64,000 nt of DNA from an uncultured Gemmatimonadaceae bacterium. Its GTDB lineage: Bacteria > Gemmatimonadota > Gemmatimonadetes > Gemmatimonadales > Gemmatimonadaceae. The position numbers and the translations under genes are program-made. Below are positions 10,257 to 20,509 of the stretch, in pieces. The notes beneath the pieces are model-generated. The model was not told where the DNA came from, did no database searches, and saw only the letters and a list, made by a program, of their open reading frames with translations. The first letter of the stretch is position 1. Every line of letters begins with the position of its first letter. The stretch covers positions 576,001 through 640,000 of the forward strand of contig CAWHHI010000011.1 of assembly GCA_963829055.1 (NCBI GenBank). Direction: 5' to 3'.

Positions 10257-10825
10257 GAGACCCACTCCCCTGCAAAGTCGGCGAGCGCCTCGCGGAGCTT
10301 GGCCCTCGCCCGGAAGAGCTGCGCCTTCGAGGTCCCGCTCTGCACTCCCAGCGCGGCTCCGATCTCCTCGTGCGTGTAGCCTTCCACGTCGTGCATCACG
10401 AACACCGTTCTGTATCCCTCGGGCAGCGCATCGATCGCCTGCCTCAACCGTTCCTTCAAATCCGGCTCGGCCCGTCGCGTCGCAACGCCGATCGTCATTG
10501 CGTCATCCATTGGGGCCTCGCGCGTCCTGAACCGCTTCACCTTCCGCAACCCGTTCAGCGACACCGACATCGCGATCGTGTGGATCCAGGTGCCGAACGA
10601 CGAGTCGCTGCGAAAATCCTTGAGCCGCTGGAACGCCCGGATGAACGTCTCCTGCGTGAAGTCGCGCGCGAGGTCGTCGTCTCCCGCCAGCCGAAATGCC
10701 AGGCGATAGACTCGATCGACGTGCTGGTCATATAGCATTCGCTGCGCTGTGACCTCACCAGCCACTGCCGCGGCGATCAACTGACGTTCATTCACTAGGA
10801 TCTTCGCTTCGGTGTCCCCGTGCAT
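10253..10825 (-). CDS. ECF RNA polymerase sigma factor
   Basis: Region 2 DFTQETFIRAF...FGTWIHTIA; region 4 LPEGYRTVFVMHDVEGYTHEEIG...SKAQLFRAR. Confidence 0.95.
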   Translation of the reverse strand: MHGDTEAKILVNERQLIAAAVAGEVTAQRMLYDQHVDRVYRLAFRLAGDDDLARDFTQETFIRAFQRLKDFRSDSSFGTWIHTIAMSVSLNGLRKVKRFRTREAPMDDAMTIGVATRRAEPDLKERLRQAIDALPEGYRTVFVMHDVEGYTHEEIGAALGVQSGTSKAQLFRARAKLREALADFAGEWVS

Positions 10826-10840
10826 TTGCTGCTCGGTTGG

Positions 10841-10868
10841 TTGACACGGGCTGGTCCAGGAAGGTTGC
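10841..10868 (-). promoter_or_regulatory. Putative ECF-sigma promoter (autoregulatory)
   Basis: Minus strand GCAACCT-N16-GTCAA, the spacing of sigmaE-type GGAACTT-N16-GTCAAA. Confidence 0.6.
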
Positions 10869-10953
10869 GCGGAATCGGCTAACTCAAGTCTGGGCAGTAG
10901 CCTGAGTGTGAGCTAGCTGGCCGACGACACTCGCACCGCGCATATTCGGCCCA

Positions 10954-12474
10954 ATGACGGTCACCCCCGCCCCGCCTCCCTCGGGCCCTTCGCTTGCTTC
11001 CCCGAACGGCGGGATGTCGTCAGTTCCGCCTGACGGACCGCCCGCGCACACGGCGAACGAAACGCTCACCCGGCGCGACCTCATCCTGCGTTGGGGAGCC
11101 GTCATCGCGACGGTCGCGATCATCCTCGCCGCACCGGTCCCGGCCGGTATCACCGTCAAGTCCTGGCGGCTGCTCGCGATCTTCCTTGGCACCATTGTCG
11201 GGTCGATCGTTCGCCCAGTTCCCGCGGGCGCCATCGTCTTCCTTGGCGTTGCGGCAGTCGCGTTCACCGGGACGCTCACGCCTGCCCAGGCCCTCGGCGG
11301 ATACGCCGATCCGATCGTCTGGCTCGTGCTCTGCGCCTTCTTCATTTCGCGTGGCGTCGTGAAAACCGGGCTCGGCCGGCGCATCGCGTTCATCTTCATT
11401 CGCGCGATCGGGCACCGCTCGATCGGGCTCGCGTACGCGTTGATCGCCACGGACACACTGCTCGCGTCGCTCGTGCCGTCCAATGGCGCGCGTGCCGGCG
11501 GCGTCGTGTTTCCCGTCGCGAAGAGCCTGGCCGAGGCGTACGACTCGACGCCCGGGCCGACGCGTCGGCGGCTCGGCGCGTATCTGATGACCACCGTCTA
11601 CCAGTGCGACGTCATCGCCTGCGCGATGTTCCTCACGGGTCAGGCGTCGAACGTGCTCATCGCGAAGTTCGCGAAGGACGTGGCAGGCGTCGAGATCAGC
11701 TACGCGCGCTGGTTCATCGGCGGCATCGTGCCGGGCCTGCTGTCGCTGCTGCTCGTTCCGCTGCTCATCTACCGCCTCTTTCCACCCGACGTGCGGCGCA
11801 CGCCGGGCGCAGCCGCGTTCGCGGCCCAGGAGCTCGCACAGCTCGGGCGCATGACGCGCGGCGAGCGCATCATGCTGATCGTCTTCGCGCTCATCGCCGG
11901 GCTGTGGATGACGACGAGCTGGCATCAGATCAACTACGCCGTCATCGCGCTCGGCGGCGTCTGCGCGCTGCTGCTGACGAACGTGCTCACGTGGGACGAG
12001 GTCGTCAGCGAGCGCAGCGCGTGGGACGTCTACATTCGGTACGGCGGACTGGTCCAGATGGCCGCGGCGTTAGGCGAGACGGGGATCACGAAGCGGTTCG
12101 CTGAGACGGCGGCGGGGGTCACGAGTGGGTGGGCGTGGGGGGCGGCGCTGGCCGTGCTGCTGCTCGTGTACTTCTACGCTCACTATGGGTTCGCCAGCAT
12201 CACGGCGCACGCCACCGCGATGTACACGCCGTTCCTCGTCGTGACGATCGCCGCTGGGGCGCCGCCGGCGTTGGCCGCGCTGTCGCTCGCGTACTTCTCG
12301 AACCTGGACGCGTCGCTCACGCACTTCGGGACGACGCCAGCGCCGATCTACTTCGGGTCGCGGTACGTGACGCAGCGCGAGTGGTGGAAGTACGGGTTCA
12401 TCGTTTCGCTCGCGACGATCGCGATCTGGAGCACCGTGGGCGTCGCGTGGTGGAAGCTGCTGGGCTGGTGGTGA
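10954..12474 (+). CDS. DASS family di/tricarboxylate transporter (CitT/TtdT-like)
   Basis: KTGLGRRIA, PSNGARAGG, MFLTGQASN, HYGFASITAH, LTHFGTTPAPIYFG motifs. Confidence 0.92.
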   Translation: MTVTPAPPPSGPSLASPNGGMSSVPPDGPPAHTANETLTRRDLILRWGAVIATVAIILAAPVPAGITVKSWRLLAIFLGTIVGSIVRPVPAGAIVFLGVAAVAFTGTLTPAQALGGYADPIVWLVLCAFFISRGVVKTGLGRRIAFIFIRAIGHRSIGLAYALIATDTLLASLVPSNGARAGGVVFPVAKSLAEAYDSTPGPTRRRLGAYLMTTVYQCDVIACAMFLTGQASNVLIAKFAKDVAGVEISYARWFIGGIVPGLLSLLLVPLLIYRLFPPDVRRTPGAAAFAAQELAQLGRMTRGERIMLIVFALIAGLWMTTSWHQINYAVIALGGVCALLLTNVLTWDEVVSERSAWDVYIRYGGLVQMAAALGETGITKRFAETAAGVTSGWAWGAALAVLLLVYFYAHYGFASITAHATAMYTPFLVVTIAAGAPPALAALSLAYFSNLDASLTHFGTTPAPIYFGSRYVTQREWWKYGFIVSLATIAIWSTVGVAWWKLLGWW

Positions 12475-12528
12475 TCGGGATGATGGCGATGCCGATACCG
12501 CGCACCGGGCTTCACAGGAGACGTGACA

Positions 12529-12849
12529 ATGGGTAGGCCATCTGGGGGCGATAGCGACAAGCCGGTCGGACGCGTTGGTCCGGCGTCGCTCGCGGGCCGA
12601 CTCGGCAGCATCCCACGCCCGGCACAGACGGAGAAGCCGCGGCCACCGTCGATCGAGAAGCCGCAGACCGCGCCGCGGGTAAAACCCGGTGCCGCGAAGC
12701 CACGGCCGGCCAAGCCTAACAAGCCACCACGACCTGTCGTCGCGCAGCGGCCTTCATCGACGCATCCCGCGGCGCCGGCGACGACTCCGCCACGACGCGG
12801 CGTGGCCGGCCGGCTCGGCTCGATCGGACGCGGACGCGGCGGACGCTGA
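12529..12849 (+). CDS. Small basic Pro/Arg/Lys-rich disordered protein
   Basis: AGGAG RBS 8 nt upstream of ATG 12529; fills the gap between DASS and ABC genes; AGRLGSI occurs twice. Confidence 0.55.
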   Translation: MGRPSGGDSDKPVGRVGPASLAGRLGSIPRPAQTEKPRPPSIEKPQTAPRVKPGAAKPRPAKPNKPPRPVVAQRPSSTHPAAPATTPPRRGVAGRLGSIGRGRGGR

Positions 12850-12852
12850 CGC

Positions 12853-13611
12853 GTGTCACTCGTCGCGCGAGACGTCGTGAAGCGCTACCAGACGTCTGCT
12901 GGTCCTGTCGATGCGCTGGCCGGTGTGACGCTGGAGGTCGCGAGCGGCGAATGCGTCGCACTCGTGGGCGAGAGTGGGTCTGGCAAGACCACGCTGCTCC
13001 GCTGCTTCAACCGGCTCGTCGAGCCTGACGCGGGGACGATCCTGGTGGACGACGTCGACGTCCGACAGGTGAACGATGTCGAGCTCCGTCGTCACGTCGG
13101 CTATGTACTGCAGGACGGCGGGCTCATGCCGCACTGGACGGTGCGCCGGAACGTCGAGCTCGTACCGTGGCTGCGCGACGCACCTAACGCGGCGACGCTC
13201 GCCGCGGACGCGCTCACACTCGTCGGCTTCGCCGACCGCACGTTCGACGACCGGTATCCACGACAGCTTTCCGGCGGGCAACGACAGCGTGTCGCGATGG
13301 CCCGCGCGCTCGCGGCGCATCCGACGGTGATATTGCTCGACGAGCCGTTCGGCGCGCTCGACGCGATCACGCGGTCGGATCTCCAGGAGATGTTCGCGGG
13401 CATCAGGAAGCGTCGCCCGGTGACGGCGCTGCTCGTCACGCACGACCTGTTCGAGGCGCAGCGACTCGCGGATCGTATCGCGGTGATGCGGGCGGGACGC
13501 ATCGAGCACATCGGCACGCCGCGAGAGATCAGGCAGGCGCCGGCCACCGACTACGTCGCTCGACTGGTAGAGAGGGCGGGGTTGCGGCGGATGGAAGCGG
13601 CCGGCCGATGA
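12853..13611 (+). CDS. Osmoprotectant ABC transporter ATP-binding subunit (OpuA/ProV-like)
   Basis: Walker A GESGSGKT, LSGGQRQR, LLDEPFGALD. Confidence 0.92.
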   Translation: MSLVARDVVKRYQTSAGPVDALAGVTLEVASGECVALVGESGSGKTTLLRCFNRLVEPDAGTILVDDVDVRQVNDVELRRHVGYVLQDGGLMPHWTVRRNVELVPWLRDAPNAATLAADALTLVGFADRTFDDRYPRQLSGGQRQRVAMARALAAHPTVILLDEPFGALDAITRSDLQEMFAGIRKRRPVTALLVTHDLFEAQRLADRIAVMRAGRIEHIGTPREIRQAPATDYVARLVERAGLRRMEAAGR

Positions 13612-13618
13612 GCTCCGC

Positions 13619-15170
13619 ATGAACCTGACGCTTGCGCTGGCGCTCGCGTTCACCGTCGCGCAGGGCGTGCCGCGCTCGCGGCCGATCATCGTCGCGTCGA
13701 AGCCGTTCGGCGAGTCGTACATCCTGTGCGAGATGTTCGCGCAACTGCTCGAGGCCCGAGGCTTCCGCGTGGACCGTCGTCCCGGGCTCGGCGCGACCGA
13801 GATCGCGTTCGCCGCGCTTCGCACGAATGCGATCGACGTGTATCCGGAATACACAGGTACCGGGCTGCTCGCGATCCTCGGCGATACCACCCGTCGGTCG
13901 CCGACTCAGGCATTCACTCGTGTGGCCACGGAGTTCCGCCGGCAATACGGTACGCGCTGGCTCCCGCCGCTCGGCTTCGAGAACACGTACGCCATCAGCG
14001 TGCGCCGCGAGACGGCCACGCGTTATGCACTGCGCACGTTGTCGGACCTCGCGCGTGTCGCCCCAACGCTCCGGGGTGGCTTCACGGCGGACTTCATCGG
14101 CAGAGGCGACGGCTTGCCCGGGCTGTCCCGGTCGTACGGACTGCGATTCCGCGAGGTACGTCCGCTACTCGGAGCGGTGAAGTATCGCGCGCTCGCGTCA
14201 GGCGACGTGGACGTGATCGATGGCTATTCCACCGACGGCCTCATCGCGCGCTACGATCTTGTCGTGCTCGTGGATGACCGGCGCTTCTTTCCGCCTTACG
14301 AGGCGGCGGCGCTCGTCAGCCCGTCGCTCGCCGCCGATGACCCTCGGGCCATTGCCGTTCTGTCGGAGCTGAGCGGACGCATCGACGACACGATGATGCG
14401 CGGATTCAATCGACGACTCGAGGTGGACGGCGTCGCGGTCGACGTCGTCGCACGCGCGGCACTCGACACGCTGGGGCTCGTGGTGTCGAGCACCGGAACG
14501 GCACCCGCGGCGCGCAGCAGTCCGCGCGCTTCGACGTGGGACTCGTTCGTCCACGAGACGGTCGATGAGCGTGGGGCTCTGGCGCAGCGCACGCTGCGTC
14601 ATCTGATGCTCACGTCGGTGTCGCTCGTGCTTGCGGCGCTCGTCGCGATTCCATTCGGGCTCGTGCTCGAGCGCCGGCGGCGGTGGGCGGAGCCGCTCGT
14701 GCGCACAACGGGCGTGCTGCAGACGATTCCGGGCATCGCGCTGCTCGCGTTCATGATTCCGATCCTCGGCATCGGCACCGTGCCGGCGCTGGTCGCGCTG
14801 TTCATCTACTCGCTGTACCCGATCGTCCGGAACACGTATTCGGGCGTGCGCGATGCCGATCCGGTCGCAGTCAACGCGGCGCCACGCGCTCGGGATGACG
14901 GCTGGCCAGGTGCTGCGCCACGTGCGTCTGCCCTTGGCGGCGCCGACGATCATGGCCGGCGTGCGGACGGCCGCGGTCATCAACGTCGGGACGGCGACGC
15001 TCGCGGCATTCATTGGCGCGGGCGGACTCGGCGAACCGATCGTCACGGGTCTCGCGCTTTCGGACACGGGGATGATCCTGAGCGGGGCGATCCCGGCGGC
15101 GCTCCTCGCGCTACTCGTGGATTTCGCCTTGGGGATTTGCGAGCGGGCCGTACGGCCGAAGGGACTGTAG
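13619..15170 (+). CDS. Fused glycine betaine/choline ABC substrate-binding + permease (frameshift near 14880)
   Basis: SKPFGES, DVYPEYTGT, GFENTYA, FPPYEA, then QTIPGIAL; C-terminus FIGAGGLG in the shifted frame. Confidence 0.88.
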
Positions 15171-15212
15171 AAGCGAGGCCGCAGGAAGGCGGAGGGCGGA
15201 AGGCGGACGGTC

Positions 15213-15355
15213 GTCATTCCGAGCGGAGCGCCGAAGGCGCGCAGTCGAGGAATCGCGATCGTACGGGTAGAGGAGCCGCTCTACCGGCGCAAGCCGAGGA
15301 TTCCTCGACTCCGGCCTTCGGCCTCCGCTCGGAATGACATACCGCTCGGAATGAC
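15213..15355. repeat. Palindromic REP/MITE-like element, family A
   Basis: GTCATTCCGAGCG...CGCTCGGAATGAC (right end doubled). Confidence 0.9.
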
Positions 15356-15447
15356 ACCTAACTTCGCGGCGTGCGCCGGTCCATATTGCGATCGTTCAGC
15401 CGCCCGCGCGGTGGCCACTCCGTCTTTTATTCCGGCGCGGACATTTA

Positions 15448-16624
15448 ATGAAGCGATCCTCCTCGCAGCGGCGCGCAGCGTTCCCTACGCTCGAGCCACC
15501 CGAACCGCCAAAGCAGCTCTCCGCACTCGAGACGCCCGTCGCCATCGTCGACCTCGACCGGCTCGCGCAGAACCTCGATCGGATGGCGTCCTACTGCACG
15601 TTGCACGGGTTGGCGCTCCGCCCGCACGTCAAGACGCACAAGTCACCCCGCATCGCCGCCGACCAGCTTCGACTTGGCGCGGTCGGGCTCACGTGCGCGA
15701 CGCCGCGCGAGCTCGAAGTCATGGGCGACGTGTCGCACGACCTGCTGCTCGCGTATCCGCTCGTCGGCGCGACGAAGCTCGCTCGCGTCATGTACATCCC
15801 GCACCAGGTGAAGCTGACCGTCTCGCTCGATTCGACCGCCGCTCTCGGACAGCTCTCGGCGGCGACGAAGGTCTCGCAGCGCGAGGTCGACGTGTACGTG
15901 GAGATCGACCTCGGCATGCATCGCGTGGGCGTGCAGACGCCAGCCGAGGCGGTGACGATCGCGCGTCAGATACTGCAGCAACCACCGCTCAACTACGCCG
16001 GCATCGCGTTTTATCCGGGCCACGTGCGCGAGCATGCGAACGACCAGGACGCGAGCATGGCGCAGCTTCGCGCGGACCTCGCTCGCGTACATCGGCGAGC
16101 TCGATCGTGCCGGCGTGCATCCGCGTGTGGTGAGTGGTGGCTCGACGCCGACGGCGTGGCGGATGCACGAAGTGCCGGGCGTCACCGAGGTGCGGCCCGG
16201 GACCTACGTGTACAACGATCGCACGACCGCCGAGATCGGAGCGTGCGGGTGGGAAGACTGCGCGCTGACGGTGTTGGCGACCGTGATCAGCCGCGCCGTG
16301 CCCGGCCAGGCGGTCATCGACGCCGGCACGAAAGCGTTAGGCAGAGAACCCATGCGCGGGGTCGCGGGCGAAGGATTCGGCGTCGTGATGGATCACCCGG
16401 ATATCGTCGTCGCGCGGATGTCGGAGGAGCACGGCATCCTCGACCTCTCGAAGTCGGACTGGAACCCGCAGGTGGGCGATCAGGTCCGGATCATCCCGAA
16501 CCACGTCTGCATCGTCGTGCACCTGAACGACGTGATCTACGGCGTCCGGGATTCCATCGTGGAGACCAGCTGGATGGTCGCTGCACGCGGGCGGCTCGAG
16601 ACCGAGGCCGGCATTGAAGGCTGA
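15448..16624 (+). CDS. Fold-type III PLP enzyme, D-threonine aldolase / D-serine dehydratase-like (frameshift near 16085)
   Basis: LETP, LRPHVKTHK, HRVG, SGGSTP, EVRPGTYV, DAGTK, SEEHG, PNHVC motifs. Confidence 0.88.
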
Positions 16625-16626
16625 CT

Positions 16627-16771
16627 GTCATTCCGAGCGGGGTGTCATTCCGAGCGGAGGCGCAGCGAGTCGAGGAATCGCGACCATCTGGGTCGAGAGG
16701 CCCTCTACCAGTATGATCGCGATTCCTCGATGGCCGAGGATTCCTCGACTGCGGCCTCCGCTCGGAATGAC
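16627..16771. repeat. Palindromic REP/MITE-like element, family A
   Basis: Left end doubled; between convergent genes. Confidence 0.9.
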
Positions 16772-16774
16772 AGC

Positions 16775-17413
16775 CTAACGCGTCACGCGGATCGAGATCC
16801 GCACCTCATCGCCGATGACGACGAACAGCGGATCCAGCCGACGTATGCCAGTCGGGACGCCGACGCCGTAGGCTCGGCGCGACAGCGTGACGTCCGCCGC
16901 AAGCTGCCCGGTGTTCGTGATGTCGTCGATCGAGCAGCGAAGCTCCTCCGTCCGCGTCACGCCGCGAATCGTGAGCGAGCCCGGCACCGCCACGTAGTTC
17001 GGGAGACGCATCACATCGCCGCCACGGAACGTGATCGCCGGATGGCGCGCCGCGTCCAGAAACAGTGGCCCGCGCAGGTGGCGATCCCGGAGTGAGATGC
17101 CTGTGCGCAGACTCTCCGCCAATATCTCGACGGTCACCGCCACCGTGTCATCGTCATTCGCCGGGACGTGAATGGTGCCGCGCACATCCATGAACCGGCC
17201 GCGGACGAGCATTCCACCGAGCCACCGGACCGACATCGTGACGACGACGTTCTCCGGCGTTAGGCGGATGGGTGTCGTGCCGAGCGGCGCGAGCCACGAC
17301 CAACGGTCGCCGAGCGCGGCACCCGCACCGTCGCGGGTAGCGGCACGTCGGCGCCCCGGTCGCGCGGAACCGGCGGATCGTGACCCGCCACCAGGCCTGG
17401 ATTCAGACTCCAT
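16775..17413 (-). CDS. YceI family protein
   Basis: VRGRF, SLRTGISLRDRHLRGPLFLDAARHPAITF, GSLTIRGVT, LSRRAYGV, IGDEV. Confidence 0.85.
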   Translation of the reverse strand: MESESRPGGGSRSAGSARPGRRRAATRDGAGAALGDRWSWLAPLGTTPIRLTPENVVVTMSVRWLGGMLVRGRFMDVRGTIHVPANDDDTVAVTVEILAESLRTGISLRDRHLRGPLFLDAARHPAITFRGGDVMRLPNYVAVPGSLTIRGVTRTEELRCSIDDITNTGQLAADVTLSRRAYGVGVPTGIRRLDPLFVVIGDEVRISIRVTR

Positions 17414-17847
17414 CAGTTTCGCTGCGCCCCCTGCTCGATCCAGCGGACGATCGTCTCGATCTGGTTCGACGTGAGCGGCTGAGTGGCGAGCGGCATACGA
17501 CTGTGCCCCTGTCGCGCCGCGTCGTCGGCGCTGATCATCGTCACGAGCCACGACCGGTTCGGTTCGGTCGGACGCACGCGCACCTCACCTGGCCGGAGCG
17601 TAGATGGCACGCCGACGATCGCGTCGTACGCCGCGCTCGGATCCAACGTGAGCCCGGCCTGATGCGTGGCGAGGGAGTGACAGCCACCCGTCGCGCAGCG
17701 CTTATCGAAGATCGGCACGACGTTCGCCGAGAACGATGGCGTCGGCACGAGGTCATCGGGCGCGCCGCCGGTCGGATCCACGGACGTTTCGAAGTCGACA
17801 CAGCCTAACGCGCCACCGAGCAGGCCAAGCGCTGCCATTGTCCGCAT
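17413..17847 (-). CDS. Lipoprotein with atypical heme-c-like motif CATGGCH
   Basis: Lipobox LGC; SFSANVVPIFDKRCATGGCH...RMP...IVRWIEQGA resembles planctomycete-type cytochrome c domains. Confidence 0.7.
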   Translation of the reverse strand: MRTMAALGLLGGALGCVDFETSVDPTGGAPDDLVPTPSFSANVVPIFDKRCATGGCHSLATHQAGLTLDPSAAYDAIVGVPSTLRPGEVRVRPTEPNRSWLVTMISADDAARQGHSRMPLATQPLTSNQIETIVRWIEQGAQRN

Positions 17848-18860
17848 CACCATAGATGGACGCCCGCCAGCGCACGCACCGTCAACATGCTGCCGGGAGC
17901 GTAGTAGAGCTCGGCCGCGAGGCGCGTCCGCGGAAACCCGAGCCACGATGTGCCGGCCGTTCCGTAGGCGCGCGTCGTCGTGACCTCGAGGATCGGCTGG
18001 TCAGGATCGCGCGTGCCATCCGTGCGGATGACGCCGATGTCGAACCGCGTGCGCTCAGCGCGGGCGCCGGCGGACGCGTACGGCTGCCAGCGTCCACTCC
18101 CCGACGCGCGCGCGAACAGCAGCTCACCCGACACATGGTTCGGCTCGAAGAAGTCGCGACTGTCGTTGTCGTAGCACACGAACGTGAAGTACGTCGCGAG
18201 TGCGGCAGTCCCCTCCGCCGCCGTCTCGCGATTACAGGTGATCGGTCCTTCCACTCGGCCCGTGAGGAACGACGCGCGCGGGACGACTCTCACCCCTAAC
18301 GAGGTGGTGAAGGATCGCGAGATTGCACCCGCCAGGAGATTCGCCTTCACGTCGAACACCTGCAGCGGAGGAATCCAGCTCAGCTCGAGCCCGATTCCAC
18401 CAGGGAGCCGAGCACCGACGCGCGGGCGTACGAACATCGGCGCGAGGTTCGTCGACTCAGGCTTGTCGGAACCCGTCGTCCGCTGCTCCGACGAGAGCGG
18501 AGGCAGGTACGAGAGCTCGAGTGCCGCCTCGAAGCGCGATGAGGCACTGCCTGGTGCACGATCCGATGCGACCGCCATCGCCGACGGACGATCGGCGCCG
18601 AACGGCACGCCCAGCGGTGAGAACGCCACCGTGGACGAGTAGTACAGCATGAGCTTCGCCTCTGGCGCGCCTGGGCCATAACTCTTGATCTCTCGTGGCT
18701 GGGCGACGAGCCCAGCCGACGGGAGCATCGAGCCTAACGCGACGAACAAACGTACGATGGTCTGTCCGGTAGTGTCTCTGCGAATTCGCCGTTGGCTCGT
18801 CGTGTTGCGTCCGACCTGCTGACGCCTACTGCTGCCCGACGTGCGTCGCGGCTCCCGCAT
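17847..18860 (-). CDS. Hypothetical exported protein, probable outer-membrane beta-barrel
   Basis: Signal-like segment, amphipathic beta strands, C-terminal aromatic residue (GVHLW); start uncertain. Confidence 0.55.
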   Translation of the reverse strand: MREPRRTSGSSRRQQVGRNTTSQRRIRRDTTGQTIVRLFVALGSMLPSAGLVAQPREIKSYGPGAPEAKLMLYYSSTVAFSPLGVPFGADRPSAMAVASDRAPGSASSRFEAALELSYLPPLSSEQRTTGSDKPESTNLAPMFVRPRVGARLPGGIGLELSWIPPLQVFDVKANLLAGAISRSFTTSLGVRVVPRASFLTGRVEGPITCNRETAAEGTAALATYFTFVCYDNDSRDFFEPNHVSGELLFARASGSGRWQPYASAGARAERTRFDIGVIRTDGTRDPDQPILEVTTTRAYGTAGTSWLGFPRTRLAAELYYAPGSMLTVRALAGVHLW

Positions 18861-19484
18861 TACTGGACCACGACAGACCCGCTCATGCCTGCGTGAATCG
18901 TGCAGTGATAGGCGTACGTCCCCGCGGTCGGGAATGTCAGCGCCGCCGATCCGGAGGAGCGGTCGGTGATGTTGCCCGGCGCCCCCTGCGTATCGAACGT
19001 CACGTTATGCAGCGCGGCGAACGTCCAGGTGACGACCCCGTTCCGCGTCACGGTGACGGTGCGCGGATCGAACGAGTTGCTGGCCGTCGCCGAGACACTG
19101 GCCGTCGCCCCCGGTGCCGGTGCCGCCGACACCGTTACGTTGACATCCTGCGTCTTCGTCACGGTTCCCACCGTTCCACTCGCCGTGATGCGCGCGGTGC
19201 CCGGCCGCTACGCCCGTCACGACGCCAGCGTTCGTCACCGTCGCCACGGCCTGGTTGGCGGACGTGTACGTGACCGTGAGTCCCGACATCGTCGCACCCG
19301 TCTGATCTTTCGCGGACGCCGTGAGGGTCTGCGTACCACCAACGATGATTGTCGGATTCGCCGGATCGACCGCCAACGTCGTGAACACTGCCGGCGCGGT
19401 TGTCCCTCCGCCGTCATCGCCTCCGCCGCCACACGCCGCCACCGCCATCACGACTCCGGCCATCATCACTCGCACTGCACGCAT
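18860..19484 (-). CDS. Lipoprotein with Ig-like (Big_2) domain + plastocyanin-like cupredoxin (frameshift near 19200)
   Basis: GGAGG RBS; lipobox VAAC; YTSANQAVATV Ig motif; HNV...YHCTIHAGM type-1 copper ligands. Confidence 0.82.
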
Positions 19485-19704
19485 AAATCCTCCGTCAATT
19501 GATTCATGACTCGACTCGACGCTCGCATCGTTCGCGTCACGGAACAGGCGCCACGACGCGTGCGACCACGCGCCTGCGCGAGCCATTCGCAGGAACGTTC
19601 GCCCTGGATGGGCGGGTGGGACAATCGTGTCACGGTGAGCACACACGCGCGCGCGGTGAATGGCCTGCGCGGTGGCGTGAGCGCTGCGGTCACGAAGTCA
19701 AAAC

Positions 19705-20509
19705 CTAGGTGAGCCGCTCGATATACTCGCGCACTTTCGAGCGATAGCTCTTACCCGAATGCAGGCGGGTGCCGTCGTGCAGGATCGAGCACCCAGTCAC
19801 CCTGGAACCACGGCTGGATCTCGCGAATACGATCGACGTTCACGAGCGTCGATCGATGCACGCGCAGGAACTTCGATGCCGGGAGTCGCTCCTCCAGATG
19901 CGTGAGCGTGCTGCGGTGCGCGTGTACGGTCTTACCCGCGTGAATGCGAACGAGATCGTCATCGGCTTCGATCCAGTCGATCTCCCCGACGCGAATGAAC
20001 ACTACTCGGCCATCGGCTTTCACGGCGAGGCGATCGAGCGCCGTGCGCTCGCTACGCAGCGCTTCGATGAGCGCCGTGAGCGGCTCATCGGCCGGAGGTG
20101 CGTCGGAACCATCGCTACGGTCGGTGCGAATTAGACCAATCACACGATCGATGGCCTGCGTGAAGCGTTGACGACTGACGGGCTTGAGGATGTAGTCGAA
20201 GGCGTGAACCTCGAACGCCGCGAGCGCGTGCTCGTCGTACGCCGTCACGAACACCACTGCGGGCATCTTCGTCGGTCCGATCTCGCGAATCACCTCGAGC
20301 CCGCCGAGCTCCGGCATCTGGATGTCGAGGAGCACGAGGTCCGGCGTCAGGCGGCGAATCTGATCGATGGCCGAACGGCCGTCGCCACTCTCACCGATGA
20401 TGTCGACGTCGCCGCGCTCTCGCAGTAACGACTTGAGGTGTGCGCGCGCGAGCGGCTCGTCGTCCACGATGAGCGCGCGCACCGGTGAGATCGTCTGTGT
20501 ATCCGTCAT
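19705..20509 (-). CDS. LytTR family response regulator (frameshift near 19785)
   Basis: IVDDEPLAR, LLDIQMP, FVTAYD, DYILKP, FLRVHRS; C-terminus ILHDGTRLHSGKSYR in the shifted frame. Confidence 0.92.
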
